Part shown: positions 1 to 15,404 of the stretch, piece after piece
How positions within the stretch are numbered: position 1 is the stretch's first letter
Layout of the letters: each line of letters opens with the position of its first letter
Source: the human T2T-CHM13v2.0 reference genome, Homo sapiens
NCBI GenBank assembly: GCA_009914755.4
Contig: CP068257.2
Span: 23,552,001 to 23,616,000, forward strand
Length of the DNA stretch: 64,000 nucleotides
Direction: 5' to 3'
Translations under genes and position numbers: made by a program
Notes under the pieces: generated by a model
Seen by the model: the letters and a program-made list of their open reading frames with translations, nothing else
Told to the model about the DNA's origin: nothing
Database searches by the model: none

Positions 1-180
1 TATCTTAGATAACATTAGTTAAAGAGCAACATAATAATTTTTTCATTTGACATAGCTTAAACTTTCTCCATATTTTGCCTTACAAATTATAAAAGATGCT
101 CTCATTTTTTTTGTAGAATGGATCCTCAATTAAGAACCACAAAGTACCATATTATTTCACTCAATTTATGAGAGCGAAAA

Positions 181-214
181 CACATACAGACACACACACA
201 CACACACACACACA
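181..214. repeat. (CA)n dinucleotide microsatellite immediately upstream of an Alu
   Basis: Direct reading: cacatacagacacacacacacacacacacacaca. Confidence 0.9.
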
Positions 215-229
215 TAAATGCACATATCA

Positions 230-571
<342 letters not shown>

Positions 572-670
572 TTACGAGTCAGCACACATTTAATTTCAGC
601 TCATTATTCTCATAAATATACCAGTGCTTGTGGTGGAAACATACAAGGCCACAGAAGATCCTTAATCATA

Positions 671-965
671 TTTTTTTTTTTTTGAGATAGAGTCTCGCCC
701 TGTCGCCCAGGTAGGAGTGCAGTGGCACCATCTCGGCTCACCGCAACCTCCGCCTCCTGGGTTCAAGCGATTTTCCTGCCTCAGCCTCCTGAGTAGCTGG
801 GATTACAGGTGCATGCCACCACGCCAGGCTAATTTTTGTATTTTTAGTAGAGATGGGGTTTCACCATGTTGGCCAGGTTGGTCTCTAACTCCTGACCTCA
901 GGTGATGCACCTGCCTCCGCCTGCCAAAGTACTGGGATTACCGGCGTGAGCCACCACGCCTGGCC
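671..965 (-). mobile_element. Alu SINE, - orientation (poly-T at the low-coordinate end)
   Basis: TTTTTTTTTTTTTGAGATAGAGTCTCGCCCTGTCGCCCAGG ... GGATTACCGGCGTGAGCCACCACGCCTGGCC, which is the reverse complement of the Alu consensus. Confidence 0.93.
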
Positions 966-1670
966 AATCATAAAATTTCTAAAAAACAAATATGGGTACA
1001 TACTATATCTACTATGTTAAAAAAATGAACTGAAATACTCTAGAGATTTTCCAGATAAAGTCAAAACCAAAAAAGTGTTTTATGACTAATAGTCCATCAT
1101 AAAACTCAAGTAAGATAATATTCAAATTCCTAAACACTACGCCATAAAACTTGAAATATACAAAATGTATTTAAATGTGTATATTAATATTAAAGTACTT
1201 ACAACTTTTAAAATAAATGAAATATTTGTTCGGATGCATAAAACTTTTGGTACTAAGAGGCCACAACTATAAAAACAATTCTGGTCAAATCACCCGTGGA
1301 TGTATTATAAAACCAAGGGCCTCTTCTCTATAATTGAGTGTTGTCAAGATCAAGTCACATTTTTCCAAGTTCAGCTGAGAATGATTTTGAATAACTTTTA
1401 AAAGACCCTGGTGAAGCACCATGGAATATTCTATGAGTTATTCAGTCTTTGGGCATGATCATGAATATATTTACTATCTCATTTTTATGATCTCTTAAAA
1501 AGTATTTTCAAAACATCTTGTGGGGGTCTCAGAGGCAACATTTGGTGAAAACCATCTTCCAAACTACATTTCTGTGGATTTGTGTACAGTTACTCTGAAA
1601 GGAAGTGACCCTTAGCCATTAAAAGGAGAGATTTACCTGAGCAATGCCAAGTAGTATGTTGGCACCTTAT

Positions 1671-1712
1671 TTTCTTTTTTTTCTTTTTTTTTTTTTTTTT
1701 TTTACAATTCTT
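1671..1712. repeat. T-rich homopolymer / (T)n low-complexity tract
   Basis: ttttcttttttttcttttttttttttttttttttt. Confidence 0.85.
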
Positions 1713-1845
1713 CTTGTTTATTTCTTCACAGTTGGGGCAAAAAAAAACCCTCAAAATTTAATGCACTCAATTACTACAAAATAACACCAAAATGGTTATG
1801 AAAATAAGTATGGAGGTGCTTATGTCTTTAGTGTGGTTTTTCCTT

Positions 1846-1916
1846 TCTTCTTTCTTTTCTCCCTTCCTTCTTTTCCTCCTTCCTTTATTGCTTCCTTCTT
1901 TCTCCATCATTTCTGT
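1846..1916. repeat. Polypyrimidine (TTCC/CTTT)n low-complexity tract
   Basis: cctttcttctttcttttctcccttccttcttttcctccttcctttattgcttccttctttctcc. Confidence 0.85.
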
Positions 1917-3467
1917 GTTTGTTTTTTTCATGATTATACATGTAAGCTTATAAAATAAAGAAGCTTTTCTTCTTTTTATAGATGAAAAGCAAGAGAAATA
2001 GGAAAGGGTAAAACATCCTGCAAAAACGGCAAAAATGTAATTGAACTGTCTTCAATATATGCTGTAATACCATAAATTCCTTTGTCATGGAAAATATTTA
2101 ACATATTGGCACACATAATTATGGTATATCTACCATGTATATTTCAATAAGCTATTTTTCTTGAAACACTGTCACTGGACAGGCCATGACACACAGCTCT
2201 TTCCATAGATTCTCTCATGAAGATAAAGAACAGTTATTCCTCCAGGCAGAACACGGTAAGGAAGAATTTTGTGTAACGGTAGGAAACCCAGGGTAGGAGG
2301 AAGTAGTTTACAATGACTCAATGTTAGTGCAAACAAGAAAAACATACTTGTTTCAAATGAGGGATATTCTACTAAAATGCATATGCTGCCAGCGTGTGAT
2401 GATTTTAATGAATTAAGATTAATTCTATGCACAAGAAATATATAAACATACTTTATCAAACATGACACTTCAAACATATGACATAGCCATTTTATTCAAG
2501 TTTATTACTCATAAACTTGAATGTTTATATACATTGTATTTATATATATAGGATATATATAAATTATATTCTTCTTATGTCCCATTCACTCTTAGATATT
2601 TCTATCACAAAATCAGCTGCTAGCTGCTTCTTTTAACAGACTAACCCTAAAATATAAATTTCAATAACATTAAACAAGAAATGACAAACATAAGAGAGCT
2701 GCCAATAGCTTGATGATAAGATTGATGTGACTCCACAGAAAAGGATGATGCTCCAAGACTATATACTAAGGGGCTGCTACTTAGCAAAACACCCTTACTA
2801 GTTTCCAACAGGGTGTGTAGAAGCAACGATCATTATTTTAAAGTTTCTAGCAATTTTTTTTTGTTGCAAAAGCTGATTTTGCATCTTAAAATTTGGCAGT
2901 TGGAAAAAAAAGACAATATTTTGGATTAGAAGCCAGTTCTGTCTTCTTGGATAGAAATCAGAAGTTGTTCTGGGGACAGCCTCCCCCTTAATACCAGCAG
3001 AGACCACTTGGGTAAACACAATGAGTCAGATGGTTGTAATAGATGTAGCCGTTGTTCGTAAAGAAGTCTCAAACCAATGCCAGATAAAAATATCATCAAC
3101 TCTTGAGATTGTCTAAGCCCCAGGCAACAGAATGCTCCTGTGTGGGTAGCATGCGTAGTGACTGAAGTAATAGATGCTTCCACAATCACTAATTCAGAAA
3201 GAGGATTAAGGAAGTGGGACCTGTTGCGGATAGGAAAGTTTCATTTATTTCCTGAACTCTAAGGAGTGGCAAAATGATTGAAAGGGTCCTTGAGGAAAAA
3301 TAAGCATGGCAGCAGCCTGCTGCGGTAGAGAGAAAAAGAAGGGGAAAAGAGGAACTCAAACCAAATAAGAAACCCTGTAGAGGAGACTGGGTGCACTCAA
3401 AGGAGTGATGATAACTGATGAAGAGGATTTTACTTTTTTTGCTTATGTTTTGAGTATTTTGCATTGG

Positions 3468-4391
<924 letters not shown>

Positions 4392-7242
4392 TACAGTTTT
4401 AGATTTCTTAGCCTTTTGCTTTGGAGAACAATTTGAATGTATGATTATGTTACCAGGGCGGGTAGAGGGTGTGACCCTGAATGTAGCCTAACAGTGTGCA
4501 GAGAGAAGATAATGAGAGGGCCAAAAGCAACAGAGCGCTCTGAACAGAAATCTCTAGCAAGAGATGACAAGCAGCCACATAGAATGGATCTGTCAAACAT
4601 TTAAGGATCCCAGTAGTATTTAAACTTAACAAGGACAGAACCCCATACAAAGCAAGAATTTACTGCCATCAATGGGAAGATGGCCGAGGTTGTGTTATGT
4701 GTTACCTACATAATAACGAGAAGGGTGATCTCTGAAGACATGGGAATTTGGGGGCATTCAGGTTCACTGCAGAATGTTGTAAATGTTAGACAGAAAGAGT
4801 GAAATTTAGGCATTTGCCCTTGGAGCCTTCCTACCACTTTCTAGTATTTCTCGGAAATACAAGCACCAGAGAGCACCTTTTCTTGCACGGATTACTTTCC
4901 TGAAGAAATGTAAAGACCATTCACTTAATGCCTCAATTAATTTTGTTTACTAAGCAACATGCTAATCTAAAATACCATTTTTCATTTGAATTAGAAAGAT
5001 TGTGAATAGAGAAAAACTTTTAAAGTAAACTACAAATGAAAGCTTTTGGGTCGTACTTGTTTTTGAGTTTTTTTCTACCATGTTATACTTTTTTATTTCT
5101 TTTTTTCCTTTTCTGTAACACAGTATCAAGGTCAACAAATGGCTTGATTTGAACTCCCTTTGAAAGTTGCTGGAAGCTCAGAAAATGTCATCAACTAGAG
5201 ATAAGAAATTTCCTTTGTCTTATACAGGACTCTGTATAAGACTGTATTCCCTTCAGTATATTTTATTGTTTTCTTTTTAAATTTCTTATTTTACTCTGTG
5301 ATCCTGCCTGGCAGTCTAGCTTCTGTTTCCAAATCCCTGTTTTCTTGACATTTTCAGTGGCTTGTGATTCCCTGTCACCAGCAAGGCATATAATTGAAAC
5401 GAAGAGTGTGAGAACAATAGGAACCTGATAATAAGTCATTGTTACAAGATCAGGTTCTTACATAGCAATGCAACAATATAAAGAAGTATGCTTCCAGGAG
5501 GTAGGTGGTTATTTCTATTCAGACTCAAAGAATGTTAAGTCACCCAAAAGAGGAACTTATTTTTAACAAATTAGAAAAACAAAAAATACAATGAATACTT
5601 TTTTTAGTTTATGAATTTCCTCCCCTCAATTAATCATTGGTTAGATGCTAAATAATACGTAAAAATTTTCAATATGACTTGCTAATTGAGAGGACAATCA
5701 TGATATGTATGTATACATTACATAATATTATATTTTAATATGCTTTTGCTGAACACTTCGAAAATGTTTAATGCTTAATAGCCTGGCCAAGTTGAAATTT
5801 GAAAGTCATTTCTGTATCAGTTATGTTCTCCCTCTCCTCTTTGTGTGTGCAGGGTATACATTCATGCATTACTCAACAACAAGGATACATTCCAGGTAAT
5901 GCATCTGGAGGCAACTTCCTCATTGTGCAAACATCATAGAGTGTACTTACACAAACCTAGAGGGTATAGCCTACTACACACCTATGCTTATACTACAGCC
6001 TACTGCTCTTAGAGTACAAATCTGTGCAGCACGGTACTGTAGTGAATACTGGAGACAATTGTAACACAAGGTAAATATTTTTGTATTGAAACATCTGAAC
6101 ATAGAAAATGTACAGTAAAAGTACGATATTATAATCTTATGAGATCACCTTCTAAATGTGGTCCTTCATCAGCCAAAATGTTATGTGGCACATGACTGTA
6201 ATACCTTTTCTTACACTCCAAGAGAATGCCAGAAGAAACTCATTTAAAAATCTGAATTTTTAAAAGCAATTTGAAGTCAGATTTCCTTTTACTTTAGGAT
6301 GCTAACATGTTAATTCTTTCAGGATTAGAATAGAAACTACATAATTTTACATCAATAGACTCTACACCTTGTTGCTTAATATTGATTTAAGAAATTCAAA
6401 GCAAATATAAAAGAACTAAAAAGGTTAGTATGTGTAGGCAACAGAAAGCTGATATTTGTAACAGACATGATTTGCTATCTCTGAAAGGCTTTCCTCCATG
6501 TCTCCCTAGCTGGCGGAGGTGCAGTGTAGGTAAAGTGACCACCTTCAACCTTCTACTTGGCCATGCCAAGGGAGGTTACCCTATCCTCAGTCGTGATAAA
6601 GCTCATCTTGGCAATTGCATTGCTCTTGAGAATAATTAACCTACTAATAGACGTGTGACTTTTTTTGCTATTTAAAGAACTAAAACCAAGCAGCCCTTTG
6701 ATTAAAAACATAAATTTGTTGAGAATAATTCCTTTTCCTGCCCCTTGAATAAGGCTCTGAAGGAAAGTAAAGGCTAGAGCTGTGGCAGCCAAATTACAAC
6801 CATGGAGGAAAAAGCCTGAGGTTAAAGCCAACATTCTGTGGACTGCTGAGCCCTTGGTAATATTGCTACACAGTTGAACTAGTCAACCCTGCAATTACTC
6901 CGCATGTTCTATAAGATAAGAAATTCCAGCTAAGCCATTTTAGACATTTTTCTGTTATTTTAAGTGAAAGCATCCTTATAGAAACATATGCCTATGTGCT
7001 TGTATACATAGATGAGAAAAAATTAATGTGAAAAGTATGTAGTATTTATATATAAATTACATACATATTATGTTTATTTCTCATACTTTCAAAGAAATAA
7101 TATCTGGTTAGGAATTGTATTGCTCTACTTCAAATTGCATTTAGAGCAATTTACCAATGTTCAAAGCAAAGGAAGCAAACTTTTATCTACAGATACATTT
7201 GCTTTCTAACTTAAGGTTTCCTCAAAAACATGTATTTTACTA

Positions 7243-7461
<219 letters not shown>

Positions 7462-7976
7462 TTATTCTGCAGACCCCATTGAACTTTAGGGAGTACAGCT
7501 CAGATTGTACTCAGCTCAAAAGTAAAAATTTGACTACACCAAAGTACCTATAATCTAACTCCTATATAATTTGTAATGGCTTTTTGTTTCTGTTATTGTA
7601 GTAAGTACAACAGGTTTCAAAATTATCCTCTTCTTTCTGGAGTATGATCGCTATAGTTTCATGTTTCTACTGAAAAATCAATGCAGGAAGAAAAATATAT
7701 CTAATTCAAAATTGTCCTAAAGACAAACCTTAAGTGATTAATTTATAATCATATTTGCTAGACTCAAATACATATTTTACGGTTTAATTGCTTAGCACTG
7801 TATTTTTTTTTCTTGCCAAAAATGATAATAGATAAAAAATGAAGTTATTTTAGACTGAAATGAACACTGCAGGTTATTGATCTTTTCACATCACATTACA
7901 ATCACATGGATTGTGGACCAAACTACTGACAATCAAGAGCAAATTCACAGTAATTTCAGGAGAAAAAAAGTTGATG

Positions 7977-8065
7977 GTCTATGGCCATACCACCCTGAAT
8001 GCACCTGATACTGTCTGTTCTCAGAAGCTAAGCAAGGTCAGGCCTGGTTAGTACTTGGATGGGAG
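7977..8065 (+). pseudogene. RNA5SP: 5S ribosomal RNA retropseudogene, 3'-truncated (~nt 1-89 of the 121-nt 5S rRNA), flanked by 16-bp direct repeats
   Basis: GTCTATGGCCATACCACCCTGAATGCACCTGATACTGTCTGTTCTCAGAAGCTAAGCAAGGTCAGGCCTGGTTAGTACTTGGATGGGAG set against the human 5S sequence GTCTACGGCCATACCACCCTGAACGCGCCCGATCTCGTCTGATCTCGGAAGCTAAGCAGGGTCGGGCCTGGTTAGTACTTGGATGGGAG. Nearly all differences are CpG->TpG/CpA transitions. The flanking direct repeat AGAAAAAAAGTTGATG sits at 7961-7976 and 8064-8079. Confidence 0.8.
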
Positions 8066-8194
8066 AAAAAAAGTTGATGTAAATATACAAATAGAGTCAG
8101 GATTTCCAAAGAGGACTCTTAGGTGTAACATCCTTGGAATTTAATTCCAGAAGTCATTGTACCATTGTACCTGTAGATATGGCCTGACCCAAAT

Positions 8195-8710
8195 GAGCTC
8201 AGTCTTAGTTTATTTTGTGCTGCTATAACAGAATATCACTGAATATTCTGGATATTCTGAGCTGATTGGATAATTTATAATGAACAGAAATTTATATCTC
8301 ATGGTTCTGGAGGCTAAGTCCAAAGTGAGGGATTAGCATCTTGTCAGGGCCTTCTTGCTGCCTCATCCCATGGCAGAAGGGCAAAAAAAAAGAGTAAGAA
8401 AGAAAAAGAGATGGTGATTGAAGTTGTCTTTTTATAAGAAACTCACTCCCATAAAAATGGCAATAATTCATTCCAGAAATCGAGCCTTCATGGCCTAATC
8501 ATCTCTTAAAGTTCCCACCTTTAAATGCTGTTGCATTGGAGATTAAGTTTCCAACACATGCCATTTGGGGGACACATTCAAATGATACCTAGCTTTCTTT
8601 GGAGAGCCAGCCCATAAACTGCAGCTCTGCCAATCCTTGATTTTGGGTAGAGAGCTGTGCAGTTTTTTCAGAGACTAAATCTAAATCTCCTCTAACAACC
8701 AGGAACGATC
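8195..8710 (-). mobile_element. MaLR (MST/MLT1-like) LTR, - orientation
   Basis: Begins with the reverse complement of the MaLR LTR 3' end: AGTCTTAGTTTATTTTGTGCTGCTATAACAGAATATCAC...CAGAAATTTATATCTCATGGTTCTGGAGGCTAAGTCCAAAGTGAGGG. Further in: CTTATAAGAAACTCACTCCCATAAAAATGGCAATAATTCATTC...TTTGGGGGACACATTCAAATGATACCTAG. Confidence 0.65.
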
Positions 8711-9039
8711 ATATATATCAGGTATGCCACGCTGTTTCTTTTTTTTTGTATTTATAAATAGATGATATGGGTCTCCTAACTTCCTATAAAACCAACTGAT
8801 TTTGTTTACTAAAATGAACTTAAGTAGCTTTGCTTCACTAGCTACTGAAGTTCCCAGATCTCAGGTACCACATAGCCTTCAGAGACCAGGTAATGGTCAT
8901 AAAGAACCCAGTATTTAGAATATAGATGTATGCAACAATCAAATTCCTATGTTTACCTGACAAAATGTGACATATTTACTTGATTAATACTTCTAGAGTA
9001 TATCAAAATCTTATCACACAGTGTTCACTTTTCTGTATT

Positions 9040-9139
9040 ATTTGTTAATTCATTCACTCACTCATTAAATCAATAATATTTATTGGATTTCTCATGTTCT
9101 GAGAACCAAGAGTATGGTAACAGACAAAAAAAAAAAAAA
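9040..9139 (-). mobile_element. MIR/L2-type 3' end fragment (antisense), followed by a poly-A run
   Basis: CATTCACTCACTCATTAAATCAATAATATTTATTGGATTTCTCATGTTCTG resembles the reverse complement of the MIR/L2 3' terminus (...CAATAAATGTTTGTTGAATGAATGA). An A17 run sits at 9121-9139. Confidence 0.4.
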
Positions 9140-10119
9140 AGATATGGTCTCTACCCTCAAAGTTTAGCGTCCAGTGAGAATAATAATAATTCACACTATG
9201 TAAATTCCACTACTGGTTTATAACACTCACCCATTTAAGTTCTTTATACATGTATTCTTCTTTATTCTTTCGACCAATCTGTATGGTATTATTAAGCATA
9301 TATCACAAATGAAAAAACTGATGCTTACAATGCTTAGATAATGTAGACGGATTTGCCAAGCTAACAAATTGTAGCATTAAAGCTTGAGTTCTAGCCCACT
9401 GTACCATAAAACGTATGTTTTTAATCAAAAGCAATGACTGATTATTCAGTCGTCTACGCAGCAAATGTTAATTGAGCACTGGCTAAGTACCAGGCATTAT
9501 AATGGGAGCTAGGAAAAGAGTGAAGAAAAGACAAGGTTCCTGGCCATTTAGAGCCAACATTCTTATAGAAAAGACAATACAAAACAAGCAAACCAGTAAA
9601 AAATTTAGTTCAAAATATAATAACTTCTGCAAAATCCACAAAGCAGGGTGCATGCATAGAGATGGAAGGGAACAGCTTTCAAGAAAGTCCTCTCTGAGAA
9701 AATGGCATAGGAGCAGAGACATGGATGATTTTAAGGAGCAATCTCTGCAAAGATCTGGTAGAGGCACCTAGAAGTCCAGAAGATAAAAATATCTAAGGAT
9801 TACCAACAACAGGAATTGGCAAACTCTGTTCTGTGGGCCAAATCTGTCTTATTGCTTGTTTTTATACACTCTGTGAGTGAAGAATGGTTTTTACAGCTTA
9901 AATGGTTGAAAAAATGTAAACACATATTTTGTGACATGAAAATTATAAAAAACTCAAGTTCAATGGCCATAAATGAAGTTTTATTGGAACACAGCCACGC
10001 TTATTTGTTTGCATATTGTCTATGACTGCTGACATGCAACAGTGGCAGAATGGAGCAGCTGTGGCAAAAACCATAATGACAAAAAAATCCTAAGATACTT
10101 ACTGTCTATCCCTTATAGA

Positions 10120-10960
10120 AAACATTGCTTGACTTCTAATGAAGAGGCCCAGTGAGAGTGAAGATGATTGCATAAGGAGAGAAGAAAGGGATAGGAGATG
10201 AAGTGGGTGGGCTACACATAGGTCAGTTCAGGTGGGGCTTTGCAAACTATGGTAAAGTGGTTTGGATTTAACAAATTGAAAGAAGAGCCTGTGGAAGGTT
10301 TTGAACAGGAGATTTGACTTAAATTGTTAAAAGATCTTCTTGAATGTTTTGTTTCGGGCTGGGGTGCTGGGGAAAGAGTAAGAGTGAGGGCAGAGAGAGA
10401 GAAGCCTTGGAGTATTGCATTATGAAGACAAAATCTGATGATATCCTAAACTAGGGCAGCAGCAGAGGAATTGGGAGAAGTGTCCATTTAGAATAAACAG
10501 AATTTGCTGGTGGACTAGAAGTGACATAGTACAGAAAGAAAGAAAGTAGTGAGGACTCCCAAGTGTCTGGCCTTTTCAGTGGGACAGTCTTCAGAAATTT
10601 TTACCAAGATGAAGAAGACTGCAGCATTGCTGATTTGAAAAAAGAATCAAGAACACTGTTTGGGACATAATAAATTTGGCATGCCTATTAAACCTCCACC
10701 AGGTAATGCTAATTAGTCTACAGAACATGAACATCTGAAACTCAATGAAGAGGTCGGGAATACAAACATATGTTTGGGAATCATCACTCTATAGATGGAA
10801 CAAAAGACATAGGGTTGAGTGGGATGACTTGAAGATGTGCTGCGTGGATAAAAGAGATAAGACAGCAAAGCACTGAGCACAAAAGATGCTCCAACATTTA
10901 GAGTTCTAATGGTCAAGAGCAAACCTGAGTGGCCAGTGAAGTGGAAAGGAAACCAGCAGA
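10120..10960 (+). mobile_element. Ancient mammalian interspersed repeat (unclassified by eye; L2/MIR-era)
   Basis: Recognisable diverged similarity to a widespread old repeat consensus (..GGGCTTTGCAAACTATGGTAAAGTGGTTTGGATTT..GAAGAGCCTGTGGAAGGTTTTGAACAGGAG..). No ORF, and the CpGs are decayed. Confidence 0.35.
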
Positions 10961-13432
10961 ATCCACCCAAGAGAAGAAAACCTCTCGTTCAAAGAGGCAG
11001 AAATATCAAATGTGGTTTGGAAAATAGGTGATAGTTCTTAAACTTCAAAACATTATCTTCTTATTAATTATTGTTTTTTTCTTCATGTGATCTGTTTTTC
11101 CTCTTCCTAAGAAGGAAGACTCTACAACTTTAAAAATATTATATTTTATTGAGTACAAAATTATTAGCAAGGCCAGAAAATAACATTCTAAGAGTTCAGA
11201 AGATTCATTAATTGCATTTAAACTACCTCTATCCAAACAAAAAAAAAATAGAGCATGTCTATGTTCCACTCAATAATCAAATCTACTTTTAATTAAATGA
11301 CATTATTTAGAAAATAAGGAAAAAATAATTCAATTTGCTGTGCAAGTTCAGTATCCTACACACGTACCCATTACATATCCAATACTTTTTTATTGATACT
11401 TTGCCAAGAATAGGAAAAATAAAGAAGCAACTACAAGAATGGCATGAAAGCCCTGTGCAAAACTCCCACTCCTATTTGCAGCCTCTAGAAGTCAATAACC
11501 TCAGTGTATGTCACTATGACTTCTGAGGGGTTTAGGCCAAATGTTCTGCTGTCATGTAAGGAGCTGAGGGACAGTAAAACAAATAATTCATAACCCCATG
11601 AAAGTTGAAGGCTTTAGCAACTCTGTATTTTGTAGCTAAGTAAAAAATATATATATAAGATTTCTTTCTCATTGCAATTTTGATTGATTTTTATGGAGGA
11701 AAAACATGTTAATTTGCTGTGCTTTGCCCAATTTAGTTATAAAAATTCATTCAACTTTCAAGATTATTTAAATTACTAATCATACTTTTTTACTTGCTTG
11801 TCATGTTGGCATTATAACTGCATTAAATAGTATCTATAGTTTATAAATATTTAATGGAGGAATGACAGCCAGCTTTCATAGTTGCTTTACTATAGCTAAA
11901 ATGAAGTATGTAATATTTGACAGTCCACTAAAAATATTTAACAGTCTACTATACTAAAAATTATTTCTGAAAAAACACTTCCCTTCAATGTGTTTTACTC
12001 AGAACCTATCAATCATAGGATTATACTCCCAAAATCAGATAGTTTAAAAATGATCTTTTGCAAAACCATTCATTAAGAAACTACCCAGAAAAATCAAAGG
12101 TATATTGTTATTAAGTAACATTTTAAAATGTTGCTTAAATCAAGATAAATTCCATCTGGGTTCTTTTTTTCTTTTTCTTTTTTTGCCCATTACAGGAAAG
12201 AAGTTGTGTTGGCTGGAGATTCTCTATTCTGTAGAGAACAGTATTTATCATTATCTAGAATTATCTGTGATCACCAAATTGATAAGTAGAGTGGAACTCA
12301 GCAATCCACATTGATTGAATGATTACTAAGAGAAACACTCTGTACTAAGTGTTGAGTAATTAGAGACAAAAGCTCAATTTCTGCCCTGAAAGAATTTACA
12401 TTCCAATAGAGAAAGCAACCAAGCAAGCATGGTCACCTAACACAGAAGGGAAGGTCTCACGACACTTCCCAAAGATGATAGGTTTGGAGCAGAGTCTCCA
12501 GAGTCCACAATTAGATACATTTGTCTCAATGGCTTAAGTAAACAGAAACAAATCTTGTTTCTTGAGATCCCATTAAAATACCAGGCATACAACTACCTTG
12601 CCTGGTGTTCTGCACATTAGTATCAATCCTTAAAACAGCTTTTGGTTTATGGATATCAAAGGAATCCTAGAGAAATAAAAAAATTAACATCTTGCCCAAC
12701 ATTACATATTTAGAATGGCAAGTTAGGATTCACCCCATCACCCCACATTCTCAAGGATGTTTGCTCGGCTTCAAAGCTATCCTCTCTCCTCTAAATCACA
12801 GTACCTCCCATTGTTGATCTGGTTTGTTTCAACCAACAAAAGCTATAAAGTCAGATCTAACATAGATAAAAACATTTGGCCACGTGTCTAAGTGTTAAGT
12901 TAGGTCTCTGTCATTTTTCATCTATCTGTTTGTCTTTCCTTAAAGTCTTCTCCAGTTTTCTTCTGACCATCAAGAATGCTCAAACACCCTATGCAGGTGA
13001 AATTATAAAACTAGGAGAACTGACTTCAAAACCAAAAAATTAATTACAATTAATCTTTAAACTAGAAATGTCTCTGGTTTTAATTCTCTGTGATTCTATT
13101 AAGACAACTTATTCTATAATTTACCATTTCCTGATGGAGTTAGGTATCTTTATGTTTAGGCCAATTTGTAAATTCATGTCATTTACGTACACGCTCATCT
13201 CTTGGGTAGAGGTAAGGCAAGTCCGTGACCCTCCAGAAGATCACCCTGGGCCCCAAGCCAGCAGGGTGTTGAGGCAAAGGGCACTTGTACCTGCTCCCTA
13301 AATATCACTAAAATTCAATTGTGAAATTTCTGTCTTTAAAGTTATTTGAAGAGACCTTTGAAAGATGTGACTACATGCACTTCCTTCATGTTGGTTATCT
13401 TGACAGTGTCCTACACTGGTTCAGTTACCTCA

Positions 13433-13831
13433 TGATATGGTTTGGGTCTCTGTCCCCACCCAAATCTCATGTCAAATTGTAATCTCCAGTGTTGGAGATT
13501 ACGCCTGGTGGGAGGTGATTTGATCATGGGGTGGATTTCCCCTTTGGTGCTGTTCTCATGATAGTGAGTGAGTTATCGGGAGATCTGGTTGTTTAAAAGG
13601 ATGTGGCACCTCTCCCTTTCCCACTTCCTCCTGCTCTGGTCATGTGAGAAGTGCCGGCTTACCCTTTGCCTTCTGCCCTGACTGTAAGTTTCCTGAGGCC
13701 TCCCCAAAGCTGAACAGATGGCCAGCATCATGCTTCCTGTAAAGTCTGTGGAACCCAATTAAACCTCTTTTCTGTATAAATTACCCAGCCTCAGGTAGTT
13801 TTTTAAAGCAGTGCGAGAATAGACTAATACA
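13433..13831 (+). mobile_element. THE1/MST-type MaLR solo LTR, + orientation
   Basis: TGATATGGTTTGGGTCTCTGTCCCCACCCAAATCTCATGTCAAATTGTAATCTCC...GGTGGGAGGTGATTTGATCATGGGGTGGATTTCCCC...GCTGTTCTCATGATAGTGAGTGAGTT...TAAATTACCCAGCCTCAGGTAG...CAGTGCGAGAATAGACTAATACA. This is the canonical THE1/MST start and end. Confidence 0.8.
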
Positions 13832-15404
13832 CCTAGTCTTCCAAATACACCTCTAGGCACAGTGCAGGTCACAGACACTCAAATGCCTAAGAACCTTCCT
13901 ACTTGAATGAGATTTAAGAAAAAGATTTCATCTTGTCTTTGCATCTTTAATGGGTAATGCAAAGTGTGACACTTGGTAGATACTCAGTAACTGCCTATTT
14001 AATGGAAACTGATAAAATACCACAACTTTTATGATCTCATTACATTGGGCCATTTATGGTTTAGTAAGATTCAGAAGAAATAATGGGGCTTCTGGAATTC
14101 TATAATAATATATTGCCAACATTCCCACTCTCCTAGAAATTTATGGTTGTGAACCACAATTCTCTAGATTAGGGTTACTGAGAAAATAAAAAGTAATAAT
14201 AAAAACTTATGCTAGGTATCTGATAACTTATGCCATTATCATGATACCTATAAGAGGTAATATGATGTCAACTATAGAGAAGCATAAATGGAGCACAAGG
14301 CAGTTATGTCAACTTGCTCAAGGTCCTATAATGATGAAATGTGAAGTTAGAATTTGAACTCAGGACGCTGGTTTCAGAGTCCAGGCGAAGTCTGATTGGG
14401 AATTTTAAAATAATTCTCCCAAACATATAGGAGTCAAAGATAAACAGTCTCTTCCTCCATTGTTCCAGAAGGGTTTTTGGACAAACCAGAACTGCAGTAT
14501 GATTGTTACTGTATAGTTGAATAACTATTTAAACCATTGAATATTAATTCTTCATTAATCAATTATTGAGGCTATAGTTGAATATTATGTCATGTCTTTT
14601 ACAATATTAATGTGCTCTTCCAGGAATCTAAATCTTATATTTCAATTTGATATACTATGTATTTTGTATATAAAACATATCCTTAAAACAATAAAGAGGC
14701 CGAAGCACATTCTCAGAGTCCTGATGCTTACTGATCTACAGTCTCTTATAAACTACATATAAAAGATTAACAGAAAACACACCATTCACAAAAGACGCCT
14801 CATGGTCTCTATTGCAGACACCTTCACAATCAATTCAGCTCAATGAGAAGAGGCCCATCAATCAATCAGCCAGACAGTTAATCAAAACACACACTGAAAG
14901 GTCTACAAGTCAGGATTCTAAAAGGAATTTAACTTCGATTATTTGAACACTAAGAATGCCTAGGTTTTAAGAGTTGGGTTGCTTCCAAATAGAGGCTGGA
15001 GTTATCCTTTTTTCTATGAAATAAATTGTCCCACATTATTCAAAATGGGGTCAGCCAATCAATCAACTTTCTGAAATGCAATTCTTTCTAAATGGTTACA
15101 GATAGCCAAGGATAGAAAAGAGATAACAGTGCGATAATAGTGTTCATTGAGTTCTTTTTAATTTCTGCAGAAACATGTTACACATAAAAAAACAAGAGCT
15201 TTAAATGACTCTAGACCACTAAAGAACAATTATACATCAAGGAAGAAATGAGATGAGGTAAAATTGTACCATCCAAAGTTATTTCTTCCCCTCTCACTTA
15301 ATGCAAATTTGAGTAGCAAAATGTTTGCTATTATGTGAAGTCTCAAATTTCCATGTCTCTTTTCTAAAGCAATCATCAAAGCTTGACCATAAGCTTTACA
15401 GCTG

